From the NCBI GenBank assembly GCA_965240325.2, contig OZ251225.1, forward strand, positions 1,178,001 to 1,242,000: a stretch of 64,000 nucleotides of DNA, read 5' to 3'. The notes under the pieces are model-generated. The model ran no database searches. It was not told the DNA's origin and saw nothing but the letters and a program-made list of their open reading frames with translations. A program made the position numbers and the translations under genes. Shown here one piece after another: positions 38,101 through 49,545 of this stretch. Source of the stretch: Rebecca billardiae RCC1528 (lineage: Eukaryota > Protista > Haptophyta). Position 1 is the stretch's first letter; the number at the start of each line of letters is the position of its first letter.

Positions 38101-39306
38101 ATGCGGTGGCCGGTGGTTCTCCTGGTCTGCGCGTTCGCCACGTGTGGCAGCGGGGCGGAGCGACCTCCCGACCTCGCCACATCCTCGCCATCGCGCGTGG
38201 CAAAGTCCAAAGTTGCCCTCTCCGCCGCCCAGGCCGCTCAGCGGGCACGAAAGGTTGCGGCGCGCGAGGCTGAGGAGGAGGATGGCGCGGTGGAGGAGTC
38301 TGCGGACGCGGGAGCCAGCCTCGTGGCGTCGGTGAGGCGCATACTCCACGCGCTCCTGCGCCTCGTGCTCAGACTCCTTGGGATGGGCGCGCTGCTTAAA
38401 GAGTCGGCGCGTGCGGCAGCACCGGCGGGTAAGGGGTGCACGGACGAGGATGAGGAGGAGGTGGAGGAGGAGGAGGAGGAGGAGGAGGAGGAGGAGGAGG
38501 AGGAGGAGGAGGAGGAGGCAGTGGAAGCGGCGGCGAGCGAGGCGGGCGATGCAGAGGAGGCGGTGGGAGAGGACGTGGAGGCGGATGCTCGGGAGGACGT
38601 GCCCCCCGCCGCCGACGCTCCCTCCGAGGGGCGTGTCGCGCTCGCTGCCGCCGCGCCGCGCGCTGCCCCCAAGAGCCGGCTGCAGAGCCTGCTCGCCAGT
38701 GGGAGCCCGGCGGCCGAGTCGGCCGAGGCGGACGGCGCCTCGGCCGCGCCAGCACCCGGCGCGGCCAAGGGCCTCCGCAGCCTCGGCTTCTCCGACAAGT
38801 TCGCCGACGCGATGAGCACGCGCATGGCGCGCGCCGGCAAAGGGTCCATTGACCTCAGCAGCCCGTGGGCGCGCACACTGCTCGCGCAGCTCGCGCAGCT
38901 GCGCGGGGCGGACAGGGACCCGCTCGTGCGCGTGCAGCCGCCGGCGGACCTGTCCGAGTGGATCGTCGAGATCACCGGCGCGCCGGGCTCGCTGTACGAC
39001 GGCGAGCGCTACAAGCTGCAGTTCAACTTCGACCGCACCTACCCGAAGGCGCCGCCGCGCGTGCGCTTCCTCCGCCCCGTGCCCAAGCACGAGCACGTCT
39101 ACTCGGACGGCAAGATCTGCCTCAACATCCTGTACAGCGACTGGAAGCCGGAGATGACGGTGCTCGGCGTGAGCCAGTCGCTCATCTCGATGATGGCCTC
39201 GGCCGACGAGAAGAAGCGGCCGCCCGACAACGCGGCGACCATCATGTCCTCGATCCACCAGGACCCGACCAAGATGCAGTGGCTCTTCCACGACGAGAAG
39301 TGCTGA
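38101..39306 (+). CDS. UBE2W: UBE2W-like ubiquitin-conjugating enzyme with N-terminal signal peptide and poly-Glu extension
   Basis: YPKAPPRVRF, HEHVYSDGKICLNIL, KKRPPDN and C-terminal WLFHDEKC as in UBE2W; N-terminus MRWPVVLLVCAFATCGSGA. Confidence 0.85.
   Translation: MRWPVVLLVCAFATCGSGAERPPDLATSSPSRVAKSKVALSAAQAAQRARKVAAREAEEEDGAVEESADAGASLVASVRRILHALLRLVLRLLGMGALLKESARAAAPAGKGCTDEDEEEVEEEEEEEEEEEEEEEEEEAVEAAASEAGDAEEAVGEDVEADAREDVPPAADAPSEGRVALAAAAPRAAPKSRLQSLLASGSPAAESAEADGASAAPAPGAAKGLRSLGFSDKFADAMSTRMARAGKGSIDLSSPWARTLLAQLAQLRGADRDPLVRVQPPADLSEWIVEITGAPGSLYDGERYKLQFNFDRTYPKAPPRVRFLRPVPKHEHVYSDGKICLNILYSDWKPEMTVLGVSQSLISMMASADEKKRPPDNAATIMSSIHQDPTKMQWLFHDEKC
38446..38518 (+). repeat. 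(GAG)n coding trinucleotide repeat (poly-Glu)
   Basis: About 18 uninterrupted GAG codons within a longer acidic run. Confidence 0.9.
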
Positions 39307-41274
39307 GCGCGAAAGCGACGGAGCGCACGGGGGGCGCCGTGCCGGGGGTGGCCGACAATGGGGCGACTCGGTCGCGACGGCAGCGCACGGGCAGGTGACG
39401 ACGCCGAGCGCGGGCCGTCGTCATGCGACGATTTGCTCGGACGCGACGGCACATCACTCCCATTGTCAGGCCCTCGGGCTAGTGAGGATGCCATGAACTG
39501 TCAATCTAAACTGACCGTGTTGCGGGTCACTGGCTGAATATATTACTGTAAGTGTACAGTCGTGCAACTGATGAGTAGGTCACGGTATAATCATCTAAGT
39601 CTTCGTGAGTTACCGTAAATACTGATCGGGCATTGCAGTCATCCGGTTTATTCAATTTTCAGAAAGTCAGCTGTCGTAGTTTTGCTGCTGCGAGCTTTAA
39701 TTAATGGACCCCACGACCAAATTCAGTTATGGCGGGCCGTAGGTCCGCCCCTTGTAGTGCCCGGGAAAAAGATAAGAAAAGAAAAGGAAAAAAGAAAATC
39801 GCCTCGCAGAGAAAAGAAAATCGCTTCGCTCACTACCGGGCGCCCTCGCAGCTCCCACTGGGGACGCTCGGCCGAAAGAGAGTCCTGGATGGCGCGCAGC
39901 GCGTGGGCCGTGCGCGCCGAATCCAACGCCGGCGCGGACATCGCGCGGGGATTCCCGAGACTCATTTTCGCCCGATTCGCGATTGCTGCCCTCGTCGTCT
40001 CGCGTGCAGGTCGAACGGGGGCTAAATCGACACGTTTGGAGCGGTACGCTCGGCGCGTCGACACGATCGTGCGACCTGGGGCGATCCTCGCCCGACGTGC
40101 ACGTCGAAAGCTCGCACCGGCCATAGCATCATGCGCTGCGCACGATGACCGCCTCGCGCCATCCACCGTCGCGCGTCGGGCTCGGTGCGAGAAAGCCCTC
40201 ATCACGAGGCGTCTCGCGGGCGGGCAGCGCCATCGCACGCGACGCAAGATTTGGCGCGGCCTCCTGAACTCGATCGCCGGAATCCGCGCACCGGACTCAG
40301 TCATTGCTCGCGGTCCGGGCCCTCAGCCGAAGCCCACGTCCGGCCTGCATGGCGTCGACGGTGACCAATGCGACGGAAGCGCAGCGCCAACGGCGTACGA
40401 CGCGCAGCGGACGCACCTCCCGGGTCTGTCGCCGTGGCAGCAACCGCGTCATCGCGAGTTGGCGACCCTCGCCACAGCGCGACACAGACAAGCCCGTGAT
40501 GCCATCCGCAGAGAGATGAAACGTCGAGCATGCAACATCGCCGCGCCATGGCCTCGTCCATGGCGCAGGCGCTGCGGGACGAGGCGGAAGTCGTCACGCC
40601 GGTGACGGATGCGCTGCGATTCGTGTGCCCGCGTGAGCAGCGCTTGCCCACTCTCGATCGCGAGTGCACACGCTGTCGCTGTGCGCGCGCGCGCGCACGA
40701 CCAACAGCTCCTCGTGCCGCCGAGCACGCGAGCGCCAGACCTGTCGAAGATGCGAAGAGCGACGACCGCGTTAACGTCAACGCGCTCGTGCTCAGCGTGG
40801 TGGCCGTGTACGACGTCAACGCGACCTGCGCCGAGCCCATCATGCCTGGAGCCGACATCGACAAGCATCCTCGCGACGACCGCTCTCGGCTGGCGGCAGG
40901 AGGACATGCACATGAACTACTCTGGCGGCTTCGTCGGCGGCGAGGCGCTCGATTACGCCATCGCGGTCGACATGCGGCACATACAGCGCGTACCCGCGCT
41001 CGCGCGGAGCAACGGGCTACCCGCCCCGCCCCGCGTGCTGCACATTCCCTCGTGGGTGTGGGCCTCGCTGATGCGCATACAATGGCTCGGCTAAGAGTAC
41101 AGACCGTGAAACGTGTGTACATCACGTCGGGGAGCCAACTTCACGTGTCACTGGTCCTTGCACTCGACTGTCCGTCACCCACGGCCACGAGCGAATGTGG
41201 AAAGACGCGAACCCGCAAAGGATACATTGCGACAGCACTGCCACGGCCCGCCGACCCCCCCGCCCGCCAGGGCA

Positions 41275-42472
41275 CAGTTTTTTTGACGAGTGTATTCAGT
41301 TCCTTCAGTTATTTGCATACACACTGTGAAAACTGGAGTGTAAATGGTGTGTATGGGCACATTTGGTGTGTACCCAGGTGTGTACGAAAATGAACATCAG
41401 TGTGTACGAATTTCTTCGGCTACAGTACACACTCGAATACTGTACACACACCAATACACACCCACACGGCGGGCGCGGCCGGTGGGCGTGAGCCCGGGCG
41501 CGCGGCGATGGCGACAGGCAGCGCCGCCAGCGCAACGCCCCGTCGCAATTTCAGCTGGACAACCGCGTGTTGCGGCCTGAAGAGGCGATTGCAGCCGCAG
41601 AGGCACGACTCCAGACCGCTTGTGCGGACAAGAGCCCTTGGCGAAGCTCGACGACACCAGAGCGTCGCTGAGGGATGCGCCACGTGTGATGCGCAAGGCC
41701 CTCAGGGACAACGGTGGTGAGCAAGCCGAGGACACGTTGGCGCTGTCGGGACGACTGCAGACGACTGCGACGCGCCGCTTGATACGACGACTCGTCGTCT
41801 TGGCATGTGATGAGCACGCTGACCTTGCCGTCCTTGTGCTCGGTGCAGACACCCCGCCAGCGGAGCTCGCGTTCATGTGCGCGCAGCGCATGCCAACGCC
41901 GCTGTGCATGCCGAGGAGGATGTGCGCGAACCGAGCTCACAATATCGCGGAAGTGCGTGCAACGGCCCTCACAATTGACCCGATGCCGTCCTGCGACAGG
42001 AGCTCGGACTCGGAGTAACCTCGGTCCAGCTTTCGCACGGCACGCGTTGGCGCCTTGGCGCCTTGGTGGCGTGCGCCGCCTCCACTTGGGGCAAAGCCAG
42101 ATGCAGGCGCATCGTCCGTCATGCGGCCGACGCAGGCGCTTCGGGGCGCGGACTCGCGTCCGCGCCCGGGCCGGAGCACCACGGAGCGGTAGCTCATCGA
42201 CTGGTGTGTAGTAGTGCTAGGTGTGCATCAGCAAGTGTGTCATGCCAATCACCACGCGCGTGCCTTTCAGCATCATACACCCCAGTGTGTATGATTCTCC
42301 CTCACTGGTGTGTATCCATACACAGCAGTGTGTGTATTCTCATACACACTGCTGTGTATCCCATACACAGCATGACATCGACGGTGTGTATTTCATCATC
42401 GTACACACGTGTGTATGTGGTCATACACACGTGTGTATGAAGATAACTGAATACACTCGTCAAAAATAACTG
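41275..42472. mobile_element. Putative non-autonomous TIR element with subterminal TACACAC/GTGTGTA repeats
   Basis: Left CAGTTTTTTTGACGAGTGTATTCAGTT versus right AACTGAATACACTCGTCAAAAATAACTG; many TACACAC/GTGTGTA motifs at 41310-41465 and 42200-42440; no TSD found. Confidence 0.55.
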
Positions 42473-43196
42473 AGTTTGGTCGAATTATCCTTAATTAATA
42501 CGAGCCTCCAGGACCGCCGTCACCGCATATGTAACTGATTACATGTATCGGATGTATCAACTATCATGCAGTCGGCGGGGCCTGCCGTGATTCGCGACTC
42601 GGTCCACTAGATAGTAGATGAGTAGATGCCCGGCTCCGTGCTTCAACTTGGAGACCGTCACTCGGACAAGGACAGTCATCGGCTCCCGCACTCCGAGTCC
42701 GAACTCGCCGCGCCGATCACAGCCAGACTGAGACTGAGTCCGGCCAGTCCGGGGGCCGTCCCGGGTGCGCCGTCAGCGCTGGCACTCACTAGTAGTGGCA
42801 GCACGGCAGTGACCGAGTGTGACGGTGCGGGCGTGGTCACTCGCCCGCGGCCGCGCTCGCCCGCTCGCCGGACGGTCTGGACTAGACTGGACAGGGATTT
42901 CACTCGGATTTGACCTGACCTCACGGCGGGAGTGGGCGCCGGCCGGCCTGGACGAGCCGCCCGGCCGCGGCCGCTTGGGTCGTGTCGGCCCGTCCCGGTC
43001 CTCGGCCGTGCTGTGCCGGTGGGTTGTGCCGCGCGGGCCCTGTCCGGATGAGACACTGACTGGTTCCCCGGATAGCTGCTGCTCTGGCCAACCGTGACGG
43101 CGCCGAGGTGCCTCCGTCGGGCGTCGGACCCAGGCCCGCCCCGGTCTCAGTCACGTCTGGAGCGCGCGGGCGTGGGCTTGGCGGCGTCGGGATAGC

Positions 43197-45965
43197 ATGA
43201 GCCTTCTTGCGACGAAGACGTGTGCCTTTTGCGGTCGTGTGGAGAAGGAGGCCATCGACGCGGGTGCGCCCAAGTTCTCAGCATGCCCTTGTCGGCAGGC
43301 CAAGTGCGTGGCGCGCTCTTGGCGCGCGCGCGTCTTTACGCGCCAAGAGAGCGCGTGAAGAGCGCACGTAAAGAGAGCGCTCGTTTTACGCGCGCGCGCG
43401 CGCGCTCCCGCCCGCATGCTCACATCCACGTGCGCACACGCAGGTACTGCTCGAAGAAGTGCCAGCTGGCCCATTGGCGTGACCCGCATCGCTCCCACAA
43501 GCGCGAGTGCACTGCCGCCAAGTCCACGGCGAAGGCCGCACAGCCCGAGCCGGAGGTGCCTCCGCCTCCCAATCGCGCCCTCGGGGCGGGGCAGCTGTCG
43601 TCGCTGCGCGCGCGCGCGGAGGGCGGCGACTCCAAGGCGATGTTCCAGCTCGCCCTCGCGCTGCACACCAGCTCCGGCGGTGATCTGAACGCGCGCCAGC
43701 GCGCCGAGGCGAACGAGTGGCTGGAGAACGCGGCTGCCGCGGGCAACGTCCCTGCGCAGCGGGCGAAGGCGGTGCTGGGTTTGGCCACCGACTCTGGCGG
43801 GACGGCGCGCGGCTCGAAGAAAGGGCCGTCGTTGCACCGGTCTCTCGAGAGCATGCGCCAGGTGGCCGCGACCATCCCTGACGGCCATCCGGACAAGGAG
43901 CACATGGCAGCGACCATCGCGGCCTTCGAGGCGGGCAAGGAGTTGCTCGCGCAGTCGGAGGGCGCGGAGGGCGCGGAGGAGTCGTTTAGTGCGCGCCAGC
44001 CCAAGACGGGGAGCAAGCTCGGCCAATTCGACGCCCTGTGCGATTCGGAGCAGCTCGGCCACCTCATGCGCGGCCTCGTCCTCGGCTTTGGCAGCTGGGA
44101 GGACGTGTCGGCGCGCGAGCCGCCGTCGCAGCCGGAGACGGACGGGCTGCTCAAGCGCGTGTTCGGCAGCCGGTACATGTCGGGGCTGCCCTCGATGTGC
44201 GCGCCGGCGGATGAGCAGACGCGCGCGGCGCAGGCGCGCCTCGCGGGGCGCGAGCTGCCCCCCGGCTGGACCCTCTTCTGCGCCGAGCTGCCCGCCAAGG
44301 CGGCGGCGTACACGAGGCTGCTCGTGGCGCGCTCGACCACGGCCGTGCTGGCCGGCGAGAGCGGCGTGGTGCGCGCGCTGCAGGGCGACTACCACTACAT
44401 GTACTGCACGGTGGACGAGCTGGAGGTGCTCACCGCCTCCACGGCGCTCATGCTCCTCGCGGACGGCGGCTCGTACTGCGTCGCGCCCGCGCTGATCGCC
44501 ACCGACGGCGGCCACAGCGCCGCGCTGCAGGCGGTTCTCTCCCTCGTGCACTCGACGCCTCTGCTGGCGCCCAGCTGCGCCAAGTCGGACGCTTACCACG
44601 CCAAGTACCGCGAGGATCTGCTCGATGCGGACGGGGGCGGCGCCGAGCGCCCCGCCGCTGACTGGCGCTGGCCCGAGCGCAAGCGCAAGGCGGAGGCGCC
44701 CTCGCGGCCGTCGCCGCCGCAGTTCTGCCGCGCGTACCTCCTGCAGATGATTTACGGCCCAGTCGGGCTGCTCGCGCTCTGCTCGCGCGAGCCCGGCTTT
44801 GCGCTTGCGATGCAGGCGTGCCCGAGCTACCTCGGCGCGCGCGGCCGGCTGCTCGAGCTGTACGGCCGCCTGCACCAGCCCACGGCGCCGCCCCCCGCCG
44901 ACGCGCCCGGTGTGCTCGAGCACGCGCACGTGCGGCGGCCTTCCGATGCGGCCGGCAGCAGCGGCAGCAGCGGCGCCTCAAGCGGGGCGCCGGCCGAGCG
45001 CGAGATGGACGAGATGGCGACGCTGATGCTGGCGAGGCTCGCGGGATACGCCCTGCAGGTGCGGCCCCCGGCCGCGCGCCGCCGCGCAGTACGCGCGTGC
45101 GCGCCGCTCACGCGCGCTCCGCCCCCCTGCTCCGCTCCCGGCCCCCCTCGGGCAGGCGATGCCCCCCACCGGCCACGAGCTGCAGCTGCAGCCGGGCCAG
45201 CGCATTCTCTTTGCCGGCGGCCGCTGGAGGCACGGCACGGTCGTCAGGCAGTGGTGGCGGCGCGACGAGTGGGACCCCGACCGCTGGGCAGCCTACCAGA
45301 TGCGCGATGACGAGCCCGACGGCGGCTTTGTCCTCGACGGCGTGACCGGTACGGAGGGGCATCAGGGAGAGCCGGACGTGGTGGGGATGACGACGGGGCG
45401 GAAGGGGGGCCTCACGTACGCGCCCGTTGAGCACGAGCGCTGCGTGCGCGCGATGCACGACGCGAGCGCGCCGCCGCACCTGCGCTGGAGCGCGCCCGCG
45501 CTCGGCGCTCGCGTGCGGCTGCACGGGCTGGCGGCAGGGCCAAACGCCGCGCTCAACCAGAAGCTGGGCACCGTCGTCGCCGCCGTGAATGCGGAGGGGC
45601 GCGTCGGCGTGAAGCTGGACGGCGAGGGCGGGCGTCAGCTCTCGGTGCGCACGGCCAACCTCAAGCCGCCGGCCGATCACCCGATCTACCGCAGCCGCCC
45701 GGACAGGCAGAACTTCGAGGTCGGCCGCTCGGCCGAGGCCGACCCTGACCTCCTGCCCCCCTCGCGCTTCCCGCGCAACGCGGTCGTGCCGCCCGGCACG
45801 CCCCCGGGGCTCGACTTTCTCAAGTGGGCGCGCGGGACGTGCACGGAGGAAGGCATCCCCCCGCCGCCGCCCATCTGGGGCTGGAGCGAGCACGAGTGCA
45901 GGTGCATCGTGCCTGGCTCGTACCACGACCGCAAGGGTGTGCGAAGCGGCCGATTTGTGCCTTAG
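43197..45965 (+). CDS. MYND zinc-finger protein with a SEL1-like repeat; introns at about 43304-43443 and 45059-45155
   Basis: Spliced CAFC..CPCRQAKYCSKKCQLAHW..HKREC; GDSKAMFQLA..WLENAAAAGN; C-terminal GARVRLHGL..LNQKLG..GRVGV. Confidence 0.75.
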
Positions 45966-47027
45966 CAGCGCGGGGGTCGGGGCTTGCTGCTGTGCCAACG
46001 CGGGCCCTGATCGGCGTCATCATCCTGTTTGTCTAGTTACTAGTCTGCTTCTGCTTTACTGAGTAGCCTGCTCACCATCAATTGCTGATGCTGTGAGTGT
46101 GATGAGGCGGACGCGATGATGATTATTATTCATCGCGATATGCAGTAATCGCGCGCGATCTTATATATGGCACAGTTGCATACCACGTCGTTAATATATG
46201 GCATAGTGAACAAAAACGGGATTATCGTCACCGTAACCTGTCCGATGCGAGCCGATTTTCGGGGAATTTATCGCGCGGGCCGCACGAGCGCACAGAAGAC
46301 GCTACGGTGGTCGCGCAGGCGCCTGGCGAGTGCCCAGGGCATGGGACTGCAACACCCCACCCAGCCTCCCCATCCCTCCGCCCCTCTCTGCCTCGCCGGG
46401 TTGCACGCGGCTGGCCGGTCACGTAGCTCGTGGTGAGCCATTCGTGAGCGTGGGGCCCTGCTGCTCAGTGCGGCGATGCAGCGAGGCGAAGCGGCGCGTA
46501 AGATGGCGCATCTTACTCCAAATGCAGTCTGCTGCCAGCACAGCCGCCCTCGCCGGAGTGCCTGGTCGTCACCTTCGTCGTGTGCACCTGTTGCGAGCTG
46601 CCGTCAACAAGCGAATGCCTCAGGCCTCCCGGGAGCCATTCAAACACGCTCGTCCTCGACGAGGCGTGCGCGAGGCACCGCGCGAGCGCGGGAACGGCCC
46701 TTCCCAGCATACTCCTACACGGCCATCCACCTCGCCACAGCCTGCCATATCACACTCCTCCCCGCAACAGTGCCCGCGTGCCGCGTGCGAGGCCGGCCCA
46801 ACCCCAGGCAGAACTGGTGCACAGATATTTTCGACTGCGAGGAGACGGCGGCGAGCACAGGCGTGCGGCGCCGTCCCGCGCTTCATTGGGATGTTCTAGA
46901 CCAGTCGCGCGCCCGCGGCACCGCACCCGCCCTCTCCGCGTCGCGTGCCACTCCACGCAGCGCGCGCCCTCTCGGGCGATGCGAGTCTCGCCATCGACGG
47001 CGATCTTGCGGCTGATTCGTACCCGCA

Positions 47028-47338
47028 TGTATTCAACAAATACGACAAATCGCCGAGCCGAACCAAAGGAATGAACGCACCTCGTCGCGCGATGGCATGG
47101 TCGCGCTGTGTGACGTCGCTCGCCGCAGGAAATTCGGTACGCGACGAGAGCACGGTGCACGCGCACGGCGCGGCGTGGGAGGCGGGGCGGTGTCGTCCTC
47201 GAGCCATCCCGCCCGCGCTGCGGTGCGCCAGCCGCCACCTCGCCGCGCCGTGGCCCATGCCGCGCGGCAGGTGTCGACCAGACCGACCTTGCCGCCCGAC
47301 AGACGGCCGCACCGGAAATTCTGTATTTGTTGAATACA
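47028..47338. mobile_element. Possible ~310-bp MITE
   Basis: 16-bp perfect AT-rich inverted repeat TGTATTCAACAAATAC / GTATTTGTTGAATACA in GC-rich DNA. Confidence 0.4.
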
Positions 47339-47797
47339 GACTTACCCACGTGCCCGTGCTGAGGCGGGGCCGGTGGCGGCGGCGTGGCGCGGCGGCGGCG
47401 GCGCGGGCAGCCTGACGGGCCAGATAGGGCGCGCCAGGTCGGGGCGATCGTGATGGGATGGTTCCATACGCATCAGCGCGTGCTCCTGTGCATCTCAAGA
47501 GCGCGCTGGGCGCCCTCTCTCGCGCCTATGCCCATCCCACGCGGTCTGAGAAGCCTCTGTTTGGACAACGTTGGCTGCGCGCTCGGTCGTGGCTGCCCGG
47601 CGGGTCGAAGAGGTCGAGGCGAGCCGGGTCGTTCGCGACGGACGATGTCTATGGGTCATGGCGAGTGGCAGCACGCAGCTCGGGCGCGCGCCCGGCGCCT
47701 CCTCGCCGCGCTACATCCACACCAAGATCTGGCCCAAAAACAGGCTTCAAGAGCGAAACTCAGTCTGGTCCCCCCAGCATGGCCACGTAGACCGACG

Positions 47798-48556
47798 ATG
47801 CCCAGCGTCGCCACGAACACCGAGCCCGAGGGGACTTTCCCCGGCGAGCTGCGCTTCTCCGACCGCGCACTGTGTGACGGATCGAAGCGCACCGCCGCGG
47901 ATGGCCTCTCGCGCTGGTGGACCATCACGCTTGCGGATGGCACGCGGCTGACGCACTCCATCGCCAGGACGGCCACGCAGGAGGCTGGCCCTGCTTCTCC
48001 ACAGGGAAAACGCGCCGGCCCCCGCCGGCGGCGCAAGGGAGGTCGTGGCGTGCCTCCTACTGCTCCCCCGCGGACCGCCCAGCACGCAGCGCGCACGCCG
48101 GCCTCGCCGGTGCGCCCGCCCGCCGCGCAGGGCTCGGACGCTGAGGCGCTGCAGGCGAACGACGAGCAGCAGCACTCTCAGAAGCGGAAGAAGAAGCCCC
48201 GGCGTGGGAAGCGCGGGCAACGGCGCGACGCCGAGGGCCGACGGATTCGTTCTCCATCGAGCCGTCGCTCCTCGACGCGCCGCGCCGTCAAGGAACGCCA
48301 GGCGCGCAAGGCGGCGCGCCTGGCACCGACCGCTGCAACCACGCCAGTCCCTGCTGCCCCGCTCCACGAGGACCGAGACTCGCCCCCGGGCGACGACTTG
48401 GACGACGAGGAGCTGCCGCAGCAGCGGACGAAGCGCACCCTGGACGACGCCGCAGCGCCAGCCGCCGCCAGCCAGCCAGCTGGCTCGAGCGGCAGGCGCG
48501 TACGCGACCGCTCGGGGAGCACGGGGCAGGCTCGACCAGCTGCTACCAGCGGCTGA
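47798..48556 (+). CDS. Hypothetical Lys/Arg-rich protein
   Basis: ORF from MPSVATN with basic NLS-like clusters; no recognised domain. Confidence 0.3.
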   Translation: MPSVATNTEPEGTFPGELRFSDRALCDGSKRTAADGLSRWWTITLADGTRLTHSIARTATQEAGPASPQGKRAGPRRRRKGGRGVPPTAPPRTAQHAARTPASPVRPPAAQGSDAEALQANDEQQHSQKRKKKPRRGKRGQRRDAEGRRIRSPSSRRSSTRRAVKERQARKAARLAPTAATTPVPAAPLHEDRDSPPGDDLDDEELPQQRTKRTLDDAAAPAAASQPAGSSGRRVRDRSGSTGQARPAATSG

Positions 48557-49545
48557 GACTGCCAGCTGACATCCGGACCTGCACCATCGCCCTCGCTCGG
48601 GGCACAGCAGGGCCATGCGAGCCGCGCAGCGCAGGTGGATCGCGCTTCAGCAGCTCAAGGCCGCGCTCAAGCTTTACGATCGCGGTGCAGGCTATGCTCT
48701 GCCACCAACGCCGACTTCGTGTCGACGATCGGGCACTGCCGCCGACGAATCAGGAGACCCGCGTCGTCCTACCTGTGTCGTTAAATCATAGAATGAGTCT
48801 GGGAGCTGCTCAGGCCGCTGTGTGCGGTTTGAAGGCGCGCAAACTTGTGGAGCGGGTGACCACATGGGTTGAGCACAATGCGACGTTGCGTGTTGCCGCG
48901 AAACACCACTTCCTCGCCTCTCCGCGCGCGCGCCGCGCGGCTACCGTGACCTCATCTTAACAGGTCACGTGTGGCCGCCCGTGGGGCGAGGGTGGGCGAG
49001 GAGGGGCGGGCGAGGGTGACGCCGCCCCGGGGAACCGCCTTGGCAGGCCGACCGACGCCTCGCAGCCCCCCTCGCGGCACACATGCGCGCACGCCCGCCG
49101 CTCGGAGCGCGCCATCGATTCGAATGGGCGTGCGCGCGAACGACCATGCTCAAACGGCTTCGGCCCGATCTTTCTCCACTGTGGCGGCGCGAAGTGCCGC
49201 GAACGGGGCATCAAAAAAATTCCAGCGCATCCCCACTGGGCGGAAGTGCGGACAGGTTACGGTGACGGCTAAAATCGAATTGTTTACTGTGGGATATTAA
49301 CTTATGCTGTGACAGCAGTCGTGACTCATGTCGGCTAATCATAATAATCGATAATGGTGCCCAGCGAAAGTAGCAGTGGCGATCGATGGCATCGAAGATA
49401 TATGATGGTGATGACGCTGATGAGATGGTGCGCGCATCGTCGCGCACGATGATACGTCGTCGCGGCACACTCGCGCGTCGTGCGCCGTCAGTCGTCAGCA
49501 CTCAGTCAGCAGCGATGACGAGAGTCCGAGCAGTATGGGGGTGTG

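Noticed and set aside
39754-39840. GTAGTG/CACTAC as possible CACTA termini
   Set aside because: They face outward and no matching partner TIR or TSD was found.
40530-41100. Possible spliced gene or transposase remnant
   Set aside because: Frames look partly coding, but no coherent exon chain or family motif was found.
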